Positions 36,696 to 49,573 of a stretch of 64,000 nucleotides of DNA are shown piece by piece. A program made the translations under genes and the position numbers. The number at the start of each line of letters is the position of its first letter. The stretch's first letter is position 1. Under the pieces are notes generated by a model. It was not told the DNA's origin and made no database searches. It worked only from the letters and a program-made list of their open reading frames with translations. The stretch comes from Chiloscyllium plagiosum (taxonomy: Eukaryota). Location of the stretch: the NCBI RefSeq assembly GCF_004010195.1, contig NC_057719.1, positions 62,126,079 to 62,190,078 on the forward strand. Reading direction: 5' to 3'.

Positions 36696-39600
36696 AAGCT
36701 CAATGCTGTGTAACAGAATATTGAGTTCACCTTATGTACCTGCTTTTGATATTGGCCTCAGAGTGAGTGAGGTGAGAAAAATTGGTATGAAATACTAAAT
36801 GCTCTCAATCCCAAGAATTTGCCTCAGTCAAACTGTAAAAAGCCCACTCCCAAGTGCCATGTTGATTTTTCATTATTTAAGCTTTCGAACAGTTATCTGG
36901 TTGTACAGAATATAGAATAGTACAGGGAAAAAGGGACACTTGTCCAAGTTTTTCATTTTACACTCAACAAGGCAGTTCACAAAAATACAAATTCATGGTG
37001 AAATCTGGCGTTGATACTGCATGAGAGGCACGTGCAATGAGTGAAAATGAAATACTTGGACAAAATGTCTTTTCAGCAGTTTATGCTTTTCCTGTGATGT
37101 AGGCCTTGCTAGCTAGGCCAGTATTGGTGGCATGTCCCTAATTGTCCTTGAGCTGAAAATTTTACTTGGTTATTTCAGAGAGCAATGAGGATTTGGCGAC
37201 TTTCACATACAGGTCAGGGCGGATATGAATGATTGATGTCCCTCCCTAAAGGGAATTCACAGGCCCAATGAGTTTTAATAACAAGCCCTACTCGTTTCAT
37301 GGTCTGCCACCGCTGAGACTTACTTTTATTTCTAGATTTATTGAACTTACATTCTGTCAGCTGTCATGATGGCTGTGTCCTTAGAGCATTAGCCAGGGTC
37401 TGAGGATTAGAAAATAAAACAAAGACCTGCCGATGCTGAAGATCTGAAATAAAAACACGCATTGCTGGAGATTGTCAACAGGTCTAGCGGTATCTGTGGA
37501 GAGAAAGAGAAGTTAACATTTAGAATCCAGGGTTTTGTAGCTTGGATGACCACGAGGGTAACAAATGCTGGTCATTGATGTGGAATAGATTAGACAGCAG
37601 CTTCCAATCTTGGTATTTGTGCAGTTAAATGCTTCCTTCTAAAATACCCTCCTCCTCCATATTCTGGAGGAAGAAGTTGAGTCCACTAGATACAGTGCCA
37701 AGTAAGCATGCCAAGAAAATGTATGGTGTTCTTTTGAAATGCAGGTAAATATTAATGCTTCGATACATTCTAATAGCTGACCGGGTAGATAGTGTGATGC
37801 TGGAAAAAGCACAGTGGAGCAGGAGAGTCGATGTTTCAATGGAGAAATAACAAGTTTGGAACATCAGTCTTTCCGACCCAGTCATTGCCGCCACCTCCGT
37901 CTCCAGTTCCCACCAGCCATTGATTCCGGACTGTGCCGGGCTTCACCTTGAGGTTGTTAAGGCTGGGAGATTGTTCTGGAATCTCCTTGCCGGCTAAGGC
38001 CAGGCCAGTGCACTGAGAGACTGCCACGACGGGTCCCCGCTAAGGCCAGGAGTTCAGGACATCACCAAGAAGAGAGAGAGACCACAAAGGAGAAAAAAAG
38101 AATCTGATGGAGTGGACCAGCTCTGGCTGAAGCATCCTACTCTGCCACTGTCTTGGAAGACCGTGCAAGCTCAATGCTGTGTAACAGAATGTTGAGTTCA
38201 CCTTTTTGTACCCGCTGATGATATTAGGCTCAGAGTGAGCGGGGAGAAAAAATGTTAAGGAAAAGCAATTACTTTCTATCCCAACAATTTGCCTAATTCA
38301 AACTGGAAAACACCCACTCACGACTGCAATATTGATTTTTCATTATTCATTCCTAAAAACACTTAGTCACAGAGATGTACAGCACAGAAACAGACCCTTC
38401 GGTCCAACTCGTACATGCCAACCAGACATCCTAAACTAATCTAGTCCCATGAGCCAGCACTTTGCCCATATCCCTCTGAACCCTTCCTATTCATTTACCC
38501 ATCCAGACATGCCTTTTTAAATGCTGTCATTGTACCAGCCTCCTCCACTTCCTCTGGCAGCTCTTACCATACATGAATCACTCTCTCTGTGGAAAAAGTT
38601 ACCCCTTAGGTCCCTTTCACATCTTTCCCCTCTCACCCTAAACCTATGCCCTCTCGTTCTGGACTCCCCCACCCCAGGGAGAAGACCATGTCTATTTATC
38701 CTATCCATGCCCCTCGTGATTTTATTAACCTCAATAAGGTCACCTCAACTTCCAACACTTCAAGAAAAACAGCCCTAGCCTGTTCAGCCTCTCCTTACAG
38801 CTCCACCTCCAACCCTGGCAAAATCCTTGTAAATCTTTTCTGAACCCTTTCAAGTTTCACAACATCCTTCTGATAGGAAGGAGACCAGAATTGCATGCAG
38901 TATTCTAAAAGTGGCCAAACCAATTGTCCTGTACAGCTGCAACATGACCTCCTAAGTCTGATACTCAATGCTTTGACCCATAAAGGAAAGTACACCAAAT
39001 GCCTCCTTCACTCTCCTATCGACCTGTGAATCCACTTTCAAGGAACTATGAACCTGCACTCCAAGGTCTCTTTGTTCAGCAACACTCCTCAGTCCATTGG
39101 CCATCTGATCAAGATCCCCTTGTACTCTGAGGTAACCTTCTTCTCTGTCTCTTACTCCTTCAATTTTGGTGTCATCTGCAAGCATACTATACTTCCTATG
39201 TTCACATCCAAATCATTATTTGGTTGTACAGAACTTTGAGTATTATGGGGAAAAAGGGACATTTCGTCCAAGTTTTTCTTTTATCACTCAGGGCAATTCA
39301 CAAAAAAAAAATTCACGTTGAAAGCTGATGTTGATACTGCATGAGAAGTGAGTGCTATGAGTGAAAATGAAATACTTGGACAAAATTTTGTTTCAGCAGT
39401 TTATACTTGTCCTGTGATGTAGGCATTGCAGGCAAGGCCAGTATTGGTTGCATGTTCCTAATTGTCCTTGAGCTGAACGTCTTGCTCAGTTATTTCAGAG
39501 AGCAATGAACATTCAGCCACTTCCTATCAATACAGAGTCACATACAGGTCAGAACGGGTATGAATGACTGATTTCCCTCCCTAAAGGGAATTCACAGGCC

Positions 39601-39713
39601 AGATGAGTTTTAATACTATTCCCTGCTAGTTTCATGGTCTACCACCGCTCAGACTTGCTTTCATTTCCAGATTTCTACTTATTGAACTTACATTCCATCA
39701 GCTGTCATGATGG
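36468..39713. repeat. Old direct tandem duplication of ~0.9 kb (36468-37372 and 37842-39713, the latter split by a CR1 insertion)
   Basis: Collinear shared blocks AAGTTTGGAAC, GCTCAATGCTGTGTAACAGAAT, TTGATTTTTCATTATT, GGTTGTACAGAA, GAGTGAAAATGAAATACTTGGACAAAAT, CCTAAAGGGAATTCACAGGCC, GCTGTCATGATGG. Confidence 0.9.
38365..39218 (-). mobile_element. CR1/HER1 LINE 3' fragment inserted in the second duplicate copy
   Basis: ORFs MLADDTKIEGV..., QRDLGVQVHSSLKV, LEYCMQFWSP, RTRGHRF. Absent from the first duplicate. Confidence 0.9.
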
Positions 39714-41081
39714 AAGGGTCCTGCTTGAAACATTGATTTTCCTGCTCCTCAGAAGCTGCCTGATCTGCTATGCTTTTTTCCAGCACCACACTCTATCTAC
39801 TCTGACTCTCCAGCATCTGCAATCTTCATTATCTCCTATTATCTAATATTTGACAGACAACTTCCTCAATTCTACAATGTTCATCCTTTGCCTCTCTGTT
39901 CACCTCTAGCTTCTCATTTTGTGGCTTAACATCACACAAGGTTATATTATTCACTTATGCAGTATTTTGGAATATTGCTCTAGTGAAGCCGCTAAATGGA
40001 TGCAAGTTAGACTTCAGTATGTTCTTTTTTTTTACCTCTTTGCTCTCTCAAAGGCATAGTTTCCTTACAAAATGAATTTCCTTTCAGTCATGTCTCTGTA
40101 GTAACTAATTGTCTGCATCAAGTTCTTTGGCATTGGCATGTGGGCACCATCTAAAATGGACACTGCAGGCAATCCTGAATGAAGGAAGTGTTTACACCTT
40201 GGCAGCTTTTTGTTTTGTGTGGTCATCATATTCATCCTGTTAAAATTGTGATGATGAGATGAGACTTTAAATTTTTCTGTTCAACTTGTTAATACCTGCT
40301 TTCTGATTTGCTGTCATCTGTAAGTTTGAATCTGCAGAAAATTAGCATAATATGAGGCATGACTATTTTTTCCATGGGTCATGATTTGATGCGCATGTTG
40401 TTGAATAGTGATTGTGCTGATGTATGCTACTACAAATTCCTGTAAGTATTTTATTGTGCATATTCATATGTTACCCAACAATCTCTCAATGGACAGGACA
40501 AAGTTTTCCTTGTTGGCTTTGACAATTGAGTCCTGTTCTTTTCATGAATACAACTCAGGAACGACAAGACACTGTGTCATATACTTGATTTCTGTGAAAA
40601 GGTGGAATGTTCCTTAGTCGACAGATCAGTGCAGTTTGTGTTATATCATTAAATCAATGAAAATAGGATGGCTTCATCTCTTCCAGCTTACGAAGAGTTA
40701 TCTGTTCTTGATTTGGAGTTAGCTCAGATTGGTAGAAGGGGAAGAGGTTAGGTGAGCTTGGTGGATTCTTAATCAGAAGGTATATTTGTGCTTGCAACAG
40801 AGAAAGTGACAATAGTTTCTCTCTGCCTCAACACCTTGTTTCAGATCTTGAAAGGAAAAAAAGCAAATTGTCAGATTCAATGAATCTGAGAATAAAATTG
40901 GGAATTATTATTCCACATAGTTGCTGGTGAAGCTTGGAAGTGTGAAGTTGACAAGAAGTGGTTTATTTATAGTTTAAGAAAACATATTCTGTTCCTGAAG
41001 CAACAATTCCTCTTGTCTGGACTTCAATTGGAATGGAAAATTATAGTGAAGCTTTTTTTTCCTTTTTAACTTCACAACAAT

Positions 41082-41168
41082 GACTGCACTTCAGAAATAC
41101 TTAATTGGTTGTAAAGTGCTTTGAAACGTCATGGGTTGTGCAGGCCATTACATAAAAGCAAGTCTTCT
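41082..41168 (+). mobile_element. DeuSINE (SacSINE1/AmnSINE1-like) 3' tail remnant
   Basis: GACTGCACTTCAGAAATACTTAATTGGTTGTAAAGTGCTTTG...AAAAGCAAGTCTT resembles the DeuSINE tail as I recall it. Not database-checked. Confidence 0.6.
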
Positions 41169-42403
41169 CAAATAATTGCAGTTGAGAGCGGAATTCAGTT
41201 GGAAGCCTGCCTTTTTTAGTTGCTCTTTGCAGATAGAGTCTGTTGTTGCAGTCATCAAAACCTGCTAGGTTTCTTTCACTTACTTGTGAGGAGGAGAGTG
41301 TGTAGTTAAAAACGAGAGGGGAAACTTTGTGCACTGGTGTTTAACTATAAGGGGCTTTTGTAATGCTTCAGTATTGAGGTGTACTTACTTTTGTCCTCTT
41401 GCATCTTTGTGATCTTGTATCAACAATGCATGCAGAACAATTGCAGATTGAGTAGTGCAGCAGGTACTTGATAGATAACTGGTTTAAAAAGAAAAGAATA
41501 ATCTGAATGTAATGAGAGTTGTTTTGTTGCCAATGCACCAGAACTATATATTTTGAAGGAAATGATTTTGTAGTTTTGTTTGAGTTCATAACTGAAATTG
41601 TGATTGAGTTTGTTGGAGAGCACTTGCCCCTTGTTGGATTAGAAAGCTGTAGTGCGTTCTGACCTTACATTACCAGAAATACTTCTGTATGTTTTTAGTT
41701 TAAAAATCTGATGTTCACAGCTTAGAGTTAACTTTGTTTTTTGAAGAAGTGCAAATCCTAACTTTTGGGTTTGCACACATCTCATTTTGGGTTTTTAATC
41801 ATTTACTGCGCCATTCTGGACCCAGACTTCACGCTGTGCTATCTGTTAGCATCTTCTGAAAGTGTATGTCCTCACTAAACTTGTGGCTGGCCTTTTGCTA
41901 CACAGCTGCCTTTGGTGCCCTTGCTAACAGTGTACTGAGGACCATATCTACAGTGTAGCCTGCTGTGCCTCCAGAATGCCTTAACAGTAATCATTCTAAA
42001 TATCCATAGTTGGTTTAAGTTTCATGTTTGAATCTTAAGTGGTCACAGTGTAAGTTTAAAAGAGAGACTTACATTGGTGTATTGTGTCTGCAATCTTTGG
42101 ATGTACTGAAGCACATTACTGCCAGTTGTTGCTTTTGTTGTAGTCACTGTAGCAGAGCATGTAGGCAACCCAGCACGCACACAACTGAAAAAGATGGGAT
42201 GGCATTCTGATTCACAATGTCATGCAAAGCCAACTTGTTCCAGGGGTCTCGATTACAGCTGAGAGATCTGAGGAGGTTAATTGTAGAGGAGGACAGGTGT
42301 GCACCATATGAGTTGGTTTCCTTTCTCTACCTCTTCCTATCCTCAGTTCTGTGTACACAGTTCTACACATGTCTGCTATCCTCTTGGCACTATGTCCAGG
42401 AGA

Positions 42404-42434
<31 letters not shown>
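42404..42434. repeat. (CTGC)n microsatellite
   Basis: About 7.5 perfect copies. Confidence 0.95.
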
Positions 42435-43177
42435 AATCCTCCTGAAATGTACACTTGTACTTCAACCAGGTTTGTTCTGTTGTGATTATCAATGGAAACT
42501 TTGGACTTTTCCTGTCGAACCCTCTGCCCAACCCTCTAACTACACTTCCTTTTTAGGTGACCTAGAAACACGGGGATTGATCTCTGTACCTTTACTGCTG
42601 CACTTGGCGAGATCAGCATAGACTGGGGATCCAAAAAGCAGTCAGATTTGTTGATTCTCAGCAAATAAGAGTGCTGTTTGCCAGAGTCATTAATAACTTT
42701 GATTCTTTTACTGTTGGAGTGTAATGTTGCCTCCTTTTGAGATCAGGAATTGAGAGGAGAACTTTTTTTTGGAGCACACATTCTTGGTCTCACAGGTTGA
42801 GTGCTTAGCCTGCTCTGTGATCATTCAATCATAAATTGGTACGGTTAATCATTCCTAGGTTGATCTTTCTCCTCTTTCTCAGCTGGCTTGATGATTGGCA
42901 GAGAAACCTTTGGCTATCTTGTTTTTCCATGTGGAGTTTTCTAGCTTTTCTGAACTTTGTGTAATTTGCAAATTAGAGACCTGTTGAATGACCGTTTACC
43001 ATCATGGATTTGTGCCAGTCTGGAAAATGGTCTGATGCTTGCAAGCACAGTCGTTCAGTCAGATCTCAATGCTGTATCCCTGAGAACAGCTACTGGACTC
43101 AGATTCCACAGGTCTCTGTCAAAAGTTTACAATAGTTAATGTCGCTTTCAGACTGGAGTAGTTGCGTTTTTGAATGG

Positions 43178-43495
43178 AAAAAGAATTAGCATTTTTATAG
43201 TTCCTTTCATGACCTCAGGACTTTGTTGGGTGTTTTATAGCTATTGTGATATTTTTAGAAGCTCCGTCCCTTTGGCAGCTAGTTTTTGTTTTAGTGCAGC
43301 AAGATCCCACAAACAGTGATGTAGTCAATTGTCAGGCCACTGGGGGATTTCTCCAGCACTTCTATGCATAGTGCCATGGGGCCAGTTATATCTGCTCGAG
43401 GGGCAGACAGAGCCTCAGTTTACCACCTTGTTTGGATGATGGCACTTCCAAAAAGGCAGCCTTCTTGCTTGTTACTGCACGGAATCACCATAACC
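43178..43495 (-). mobile_element. DeuSINE remnant (tail plus Deu domain)
   Basis: CAGCAAGATCCCACAAACAG, ATAGTGCCATGGG and GGGCAGACAGAGCCTCAGTTTA match the reverse-complement Deu-domain pattern. Related remnants at ~47355-47425, ~49955-50180 and ~57275-57580. Confidence 0.6.
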
Positions 43496-44080
43496 TTGAA
43501 GGTAATTGAATAGATAATGCTGAATTTCTGCCAGGATTCTGAAAAAGTGCATGATAACTTTAAAATATCAAAAGTTAATTTATCTTAATAGTCCTGAAAG
43601 TTTTAAAATAAAACATCGGTCACTATGTGGCACGTTTGATTTTTTTTTTCTTGAAATTTGCGTTCCACATTCTGAATCTAATGTTCAGGATAGTATTAAA
43701 ATGTTTGCAGATGAAGAAACTATTATGAACTTCAATGTTCAAGAATGCTTTTCAAAATGAATGTGTCTCAACTAGTTGTTGTTCATGAGAGTTCTGTATT
43801 TGTACAACTTGATGGCTAATACGTTTTTGAGTATGGCCCTTAGCTATTGTTTTTGGTGTGTTGAATGACCTTTCCCTTCGTCTTCTCTGTTTAGTTTTTT
43901 ATATTGAACATTTGCTTGTTCTATGCCTATGTATACGTGAGTTCACTTAGTCAGTGCTGCTCTTATAGTTGTGGCATATTGTACTTTTTACCTGATATAT
44001 TGCCATAAAAATGACAGTGTGCCATGGTGACATTTATACCTGATGTACAACAGTCATTAAAAATAGCTATCCTTAGCTCA

Positions 44081-44115
44081 ATTCACCTTTTGCTGCTTCT
44101 ATCTTTCAGGTAAGC
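44081..44115 (+). other. Candidate recursive splice site (3' splice site directly followed by a 5' splice site)
   Basis: TTCAC branch-like motif, pyrimidine tract CTTTTGCTGCTTCTATCTTT, then CAG|GTAAGC with the junction at 44109/44110. Confidence 0.4.
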
Positions 44116-44692
44116 AGTGTGGTAGGAGGCAGCATTATTGAAGATTAAAAAGAAAATAATTCTGTTTATTTTTCCAATTCATTGTAATGATCCAAGTAAA
44201 ACCTCTGTTCTAATTTCATTTTGCCTCACATTTGAATGTTATTTCAACTCTCGGGGATTTTCAGTTGGTAAATGCTTTTAGTATGGTTTACTCGTGAAGA
44301 TCTCCATAGACAACAATAACTTCTTTTAAAAGAGATCAATTTCCCAAATGAACAATGAAACTAAATCAATGGACAAGGTTTCACTTTTCAAAACTTTTAG
44401 TGTTTGACAAAATGAACATTAAATAATAGGCAAGTAATACATCAGACAAAAGAAAAAGATAAGTTTTATATTAAGAAATAGCATCAAAATTGGACTTGTG
44501 AAATGTTTTAACAGTGCCATACTTCTTGCAAATGTGTAGCATTAAAAGAATAGTCAAAATACCTCCCAGCAATACAGCAGGTATTCACCTCTTTCTGCTA
44601 TGCCAAGTAAATACTTCCAGTGCCCTTCGACAGTCTTTCCACTTCACCTGAGTATTTCTGGATGTGATGAGGTACTCCTTGATGAATCTCAA

Positions 44693-44893
44693 TTTGGAGA
44701 TGCTGGTATTTGACTGGGATGTACAAAGTTAAAAATCACACAACACCAGGATATAGTCCAACAGGTTTATTTGGAAGCACTAACTATCAGAGCGCTGCTC
44801 CTTCAGGTGGTTGCACAACGACTGATGAAGAAGCAGTACTTCGAAAGCTCATGCTTTTAAATAAACCTGTTGGACTATACTCTGGTGTTGTAG
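44693..44893. mobile_element. Family B element, inverted pair, hammerhead motif in the right arm (44822-44850)
   Basis: Left arm on minus, right arm on plus. Right arm CTGATGA-A-GAAGC-AGT-ACTTC-GAA-AGCT-C. Confidence 0.8.
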
Positions 44894-47800
44894 ATTCATC
44901 AAGTTAAAAATCACACTAGTCTTGTGGGCTACACCAGTTCAAATAATTTTGAATTCTAGCATTTACACACTCCATCAAAAGGGTGTTGGGTCCAATAAAA
45001 TTCCTTTCTCCAAAGAGAGCTTTTCGTCTGCTGTCTCTACTTTTTTCATATATAGAAACATGGTCCTGGGGGAAGTTCTAATTCTTCCCTTGCCTGTGTC
45101 TCTGGAGCTGCTGTTCTTCATTCAGCAAGATAGTATGAGAGTGTTAAAACTGACACCTGCCACTCTAACAGGTTTCTATTTGAGCTTCTTGCCTTGCGGC
45201 AATCTAAAGTCAAATGTGTCACTTCCCCAAACCAAGTTGCTCATTACTATTACGCCCTTTCTATTTTCGAGTTTCTATTACACCCTTTTGAGAATGTTCT
45301 TGCACTAGGAGATTTAATGAGACGTTTAAAATGTAATCACCTCACAATTGACTGCATTCCTCTCAGCTGTTAGGGGTAGTTTTATCTGTGATGTTGCAGT
45401 CAATCTTCAAGCTCAGTAAATTAGATTGTATCTTGAGATCAAATGTTCATTGATTTATTAATCATAAATTTCATGCAATAACATTGAGGTGCACACTTAA
45501 ACCATAGTACTTGTTGCCATCTCCATTTGTTGAGGACTCAAACTCCGCTCTGTTCCTAATATTTAGGTTAGCCAAATTCTCTCACTCCAAACTTCAAGCC
45601 AGACATCTGCTGATGTCAGGAACTATTTAAAGGTAGTATCCAGGACCCAAGTCCAGGATTCCTCAACCACTTTGCTCGGTTTTCTGATGCTTTTGAGTTT
45701 TTTCCCCTTTTTTTAAGGGTTGAGCTGGGTTAAGTTGTAAACCTGGTGGGTACCATTGTGGTGAGAGGCATGACCGACTGCTTCACAATTTTGATGGAGT
45801 CGGGCCGCTGTACTTTAAAGGCTTCTGCTTCATGCTAAATAATCTGTTGCAAACCATAATCTGGATGAGAGAATTATCTGAAAAGTAAATGCAAAAAGCT
45901 CTCTCATACCGAGGTATGGCAGGTTCTTGGCCATTGACACAGCCTACACCACATAGAAACAAATAACTCGATAGTGGAACTTGACTATGAAAAAGCCAAG
46001 TGATTCAGACAAGTGATGAACAGTGATTCATACAAAATTCTGTTTTCTGCTACTGGGCAATAAAAATGTCATTCATCTAGATCCTTTAAAATTTCAATAA
46101 TTGAAACCATAAGGCAGTTAAAGCCACATAACTGTATGTAAACAAACTTAGTGAAATTGTTTGAGATGGACATTTCGGCTGTCAATCAAACAGATTCCTG
46201 GGTGTTTCAACCTCCTACAGGTCGGCCACTGTTCCCCCAAACATAGCAAGCCAAGAATAAAAATAGCAAGTGCTGGAGAAACTCGGCAGATCTGGAGACA
46301 GAAGCCAAATTAATGTTTTGTGTCAAAACCAGAGCTTTTCCACTTGTGATGGTGATTGCTTTAAATTCCTCACTTTGTATCACCACCTGATGTTCGCTTG
46401 TCACTGGGAACGTTTCTAGGTAAGCTACTGTGAAGACTGACACCCAACACCTGTTTGAATGCCTCTATCATTTCTTTGCTTCTCATTATCAATTCCTCAG
46501 ACTATCTCTCTGCTTGGAGGATCAGCATTTTGCTTTGGTTATTAGTCTTCCTTTATATAGGTCTTTTGGTATAATGCACATTTCGTCAACATGAATTGGC
46601 TATAACATGATTGAATTCTGGATGCTGTTTGGAATGATACAAACCCTCTACTGAATGGGTATAGTTAGTGGTTTTCGAGAGCGGTTTCCCATAACATGGG
46701 GTTGCAATGGAACACAACTGTTGCATTGTAGCAGAACCACCTGTACTTGTGGAAACTCCTACCAGCTGGCATTCTCTCATACACTGCTTTCTGCCTCCAT
46801 TATCTTTTTGGTTATTCTTCCCTGGTTTGTAAAGTGTGTCCAGTCCTCTAACCTACCACACCTCTTTGCAGGTTTGTGCTTCATCTTGCTTTCTGTCCAA
46901 CAAGTCCTAGACTTTGTTGCCTGCAGCCAAACCAGCTGCTCCTGCAGTATCCCCAACGTCAAGTCTTTGTGAGTAATTCTCACTTTCGTGGCAAGTACCT
47001 TCACATCTCCAATACCCAGTAAACATGGATCAACCCCCCCCCTCCCCCCCTTTCTTACAAATTGCAAATTCACTGAACGATAGACGTCAAAATGTGATGG
47101 TGCATCTCCAACAAAATTCTCTCTCCATGTCAAAATCTGCCCAAGATGTAGTTCAGTTTCGCCCCAGAATTTCTGTAGTCACTATTTCTTTTTCAGAGTT
47201 CAGTTATGCTTCCCGACATAACAAACAAAGGTTGATTGGATTTTTGTTTATATTGTGGTAATGTTCGCATCGACAGTAATACATGAGCATGCAAGTCGGT
47301 CAGATATCTGTTTCCTTTGAAGTGGAAAATTGAAATATTGAAGTGATCATGAAGGAAAGGCTTGCATTTGTATAGTGCTTTTTGACCCCAGGACATTCCA
47401 AAGTGCTTTACAGTCAGTGAAGCATGAAGAATATTTGAATTCTTCAATATACTGTTCCCCCCCACCCTGCAGAACACTTGGAAATTACTTCATCGCCTTG
47501 TTAATTGTGGCCTCCCTTTATCCAGAGTTAGACTGATTTTTAATAGATCATGTGTTGAAGGGTTGTGGGGAGAAGGCAGAAAAATGCAGGTGAGGAGCAT
47601 ATCAGCCATGATTGAATCGTGGAGCAAACCTGATGGGCCAAATGGCCTACTTCTGCTCCTATATCTTATGAACTAAGATCCTTATTACGTACATTTATAT
47701 GTTGAGCAGTCACAGTTTAGGGTATTTCAAAGTTCAGCACAAAATGCATTTTTGTCAATTAAATGTAGCATACTCTAGTCATAATTGCGTGCATAACCTG

Positions 47801-48964
47801 TGGGAATTCAGCACTACTGTCTGATCGATTAGAATAGAGCCAGAGAATTTTGCTTTATGCAAAGTGCTTTCTCTGCATGGGACGGGTGGGGTGGAGAGGG
47901 GGAGGGATGGATTTGAAATAATGCCGCACTAAAATTCGAAGGATAGAAGTGTGTGGCTCTGTGACAGATCTTTATTTGAATTTAGGTAGGTTTTCTGTTC
48001 TTGTGTTGTTGTTTTTTTAAGCCGTTTGGCATCTGGTGTAATCCCAGGTGGTCCATACTGGTTCGCAGGCAATATTGGACTGCATTATAAGGCAGCAATG
48101 TAACAGAACTGTCGTCATGTTGCAAGTGATTAGTTGTCACCTCGACTTGCAAGTGTCATGAATTCAGTACCTACACCAGAATGTGTCACTGTCTTCTAAA
48201 TGACAAGTGCTATTTCTTTTCCCTTTTATTTCCCTTGTCAGACTTCCTGTTTTTTTTGCTGGCGGAAGTTGAAGAGTGCATGATGACAGATGGCAGGGCA
48301 TCAGAATATGTCACCAGGTATTTAGGTCAGAAGATCTGTGTGTACACAAACATGCATGTTCACTGTGGAATTCCATATGAAGTAATACAGTATGCATATC
48401 TTTATGAAATTTTGAGTTTTGGTGGCTTATTGGAGATAGAAAATGTGGATGTTATTCCAGAAAGGTAACCATCTATGAACCGTGATACAAATGACCAGCC
48501 CTGTGCAAGTTTGGCCTCAAAATTATCTGAGGTTTGACTCTTAAACTAACAGCCAACTAGTAAGTTTCAAGATACACTACACTCCTTATTCTCTGGCTCA
48601 CTAGTCCTGGGTTGGCTTTGAACCGCATTAGCAAGTCTAGATCTTTTTAGGTAGAGAACATATAAACCTTGATCAGTGCTGATATCAGAGAAGATAAATG
48701 GTTAGCTGCTTCATTGAAAGAATATATCTTGACGTTATGATGCTAAGTCCATGTAAATCTTAGCTTTGTATTTAGTAATAATGAGTGGACATGGGCATAT
48801 ATTAAGATGTACAGTCCTGTACTGGTCTGTGGCTCTCCTCTTTGAAAGAATGTAAATATTGTAAGTGAATGTTCAGCTTTGTTAATTTTGAGTAGCGCAG
48901 AGGAAAGCTGGCATACAGTGCCTGCAGACTGTACACAAAACTGATGGAAGTTTGTATAGTTGAG

Positions 48965-49056
48965 TTGAAAAGTGTGGTGTTGGAAAAGCGTAGTGGTTCA
49001 GGCAGCATCTGGGGGAGCACGAGAATCGGTGTTTTGGGCATAAGCCCTTCATCAGG
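48965..49056 (-). mobile_element. Family A element, degenerate hammerhead
   Basis: Minus strand CCTGATGAAGGGCTTATGCCCAAAACACCG. Further family A copies at ~35597-35683 (-), ~37790-37838 (-) and ~39712-39836 (+). Confidence 0.75.
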
Positions 49057-49294
49057 CAGTGATTTTGAGTTTGTCCTGAGAAATCCTGCAAGTATGCCGC
49101 AATAGTTGATCTCGCAAAGTAGAGCATTCAGTAGTTACACTCCTTTTGAAGCAGAATTGGGAGTTCAGTTCACTATTGAAACAAGGGCCTGGATAGAAAT
49201 CTTTGTTACGCATCCTTGGAGAATTGGCATGTCCAATATGTTCTATTGCAATCACCCTGCATGATCCCCAGCATCAGAGATATCGAGTTCTAGG

Positions 49295-49573
49295 ACTCTC
49301 TGTTCTCTTTTTCTGCTCATCCTCTGCTCTCACCTTTCCCCCCACTCTTCTGTCTCCCTCCCTGCCATCATTGTACTCTCCCTTCATCTCTCCAAAACTC
49401 GCTTTCTGCTCTCTGCATCTTTTTCCTTCCCACTCTGTCTTTCTCTTCCCAGCTTCCCATTCTGTTGTCCCCTCCCTCCATCCCAGGTGTCTCTCTCTCT
49501 GCTGTACTTCCCCCTTCTCTCCCTCTCTGTTCCCTCCCATTCTTCTTTCTTCCTTCATGACTTTCCCTCTCCT
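49295..49573. repeat. Low-complexity C/T-rich tract
   Basis: About 280 bp of mostly pyrimidines on +. Confidence 0.85.

Noticed and set aside
48113-48160. Possible miRNA-like hairpin (TTGCAAGT/ACTTGCAA)
   Set aside because: Only 8 bp of perfect stem, too short and imperfect for a pre-miRNA call.
48242-48317. Possible 76-nt exon with a good pyrimidine tract and acceptor
   Set aside because: Donor CAG|GTATTT is weak and there is no other support. It remains possible but is not callable.
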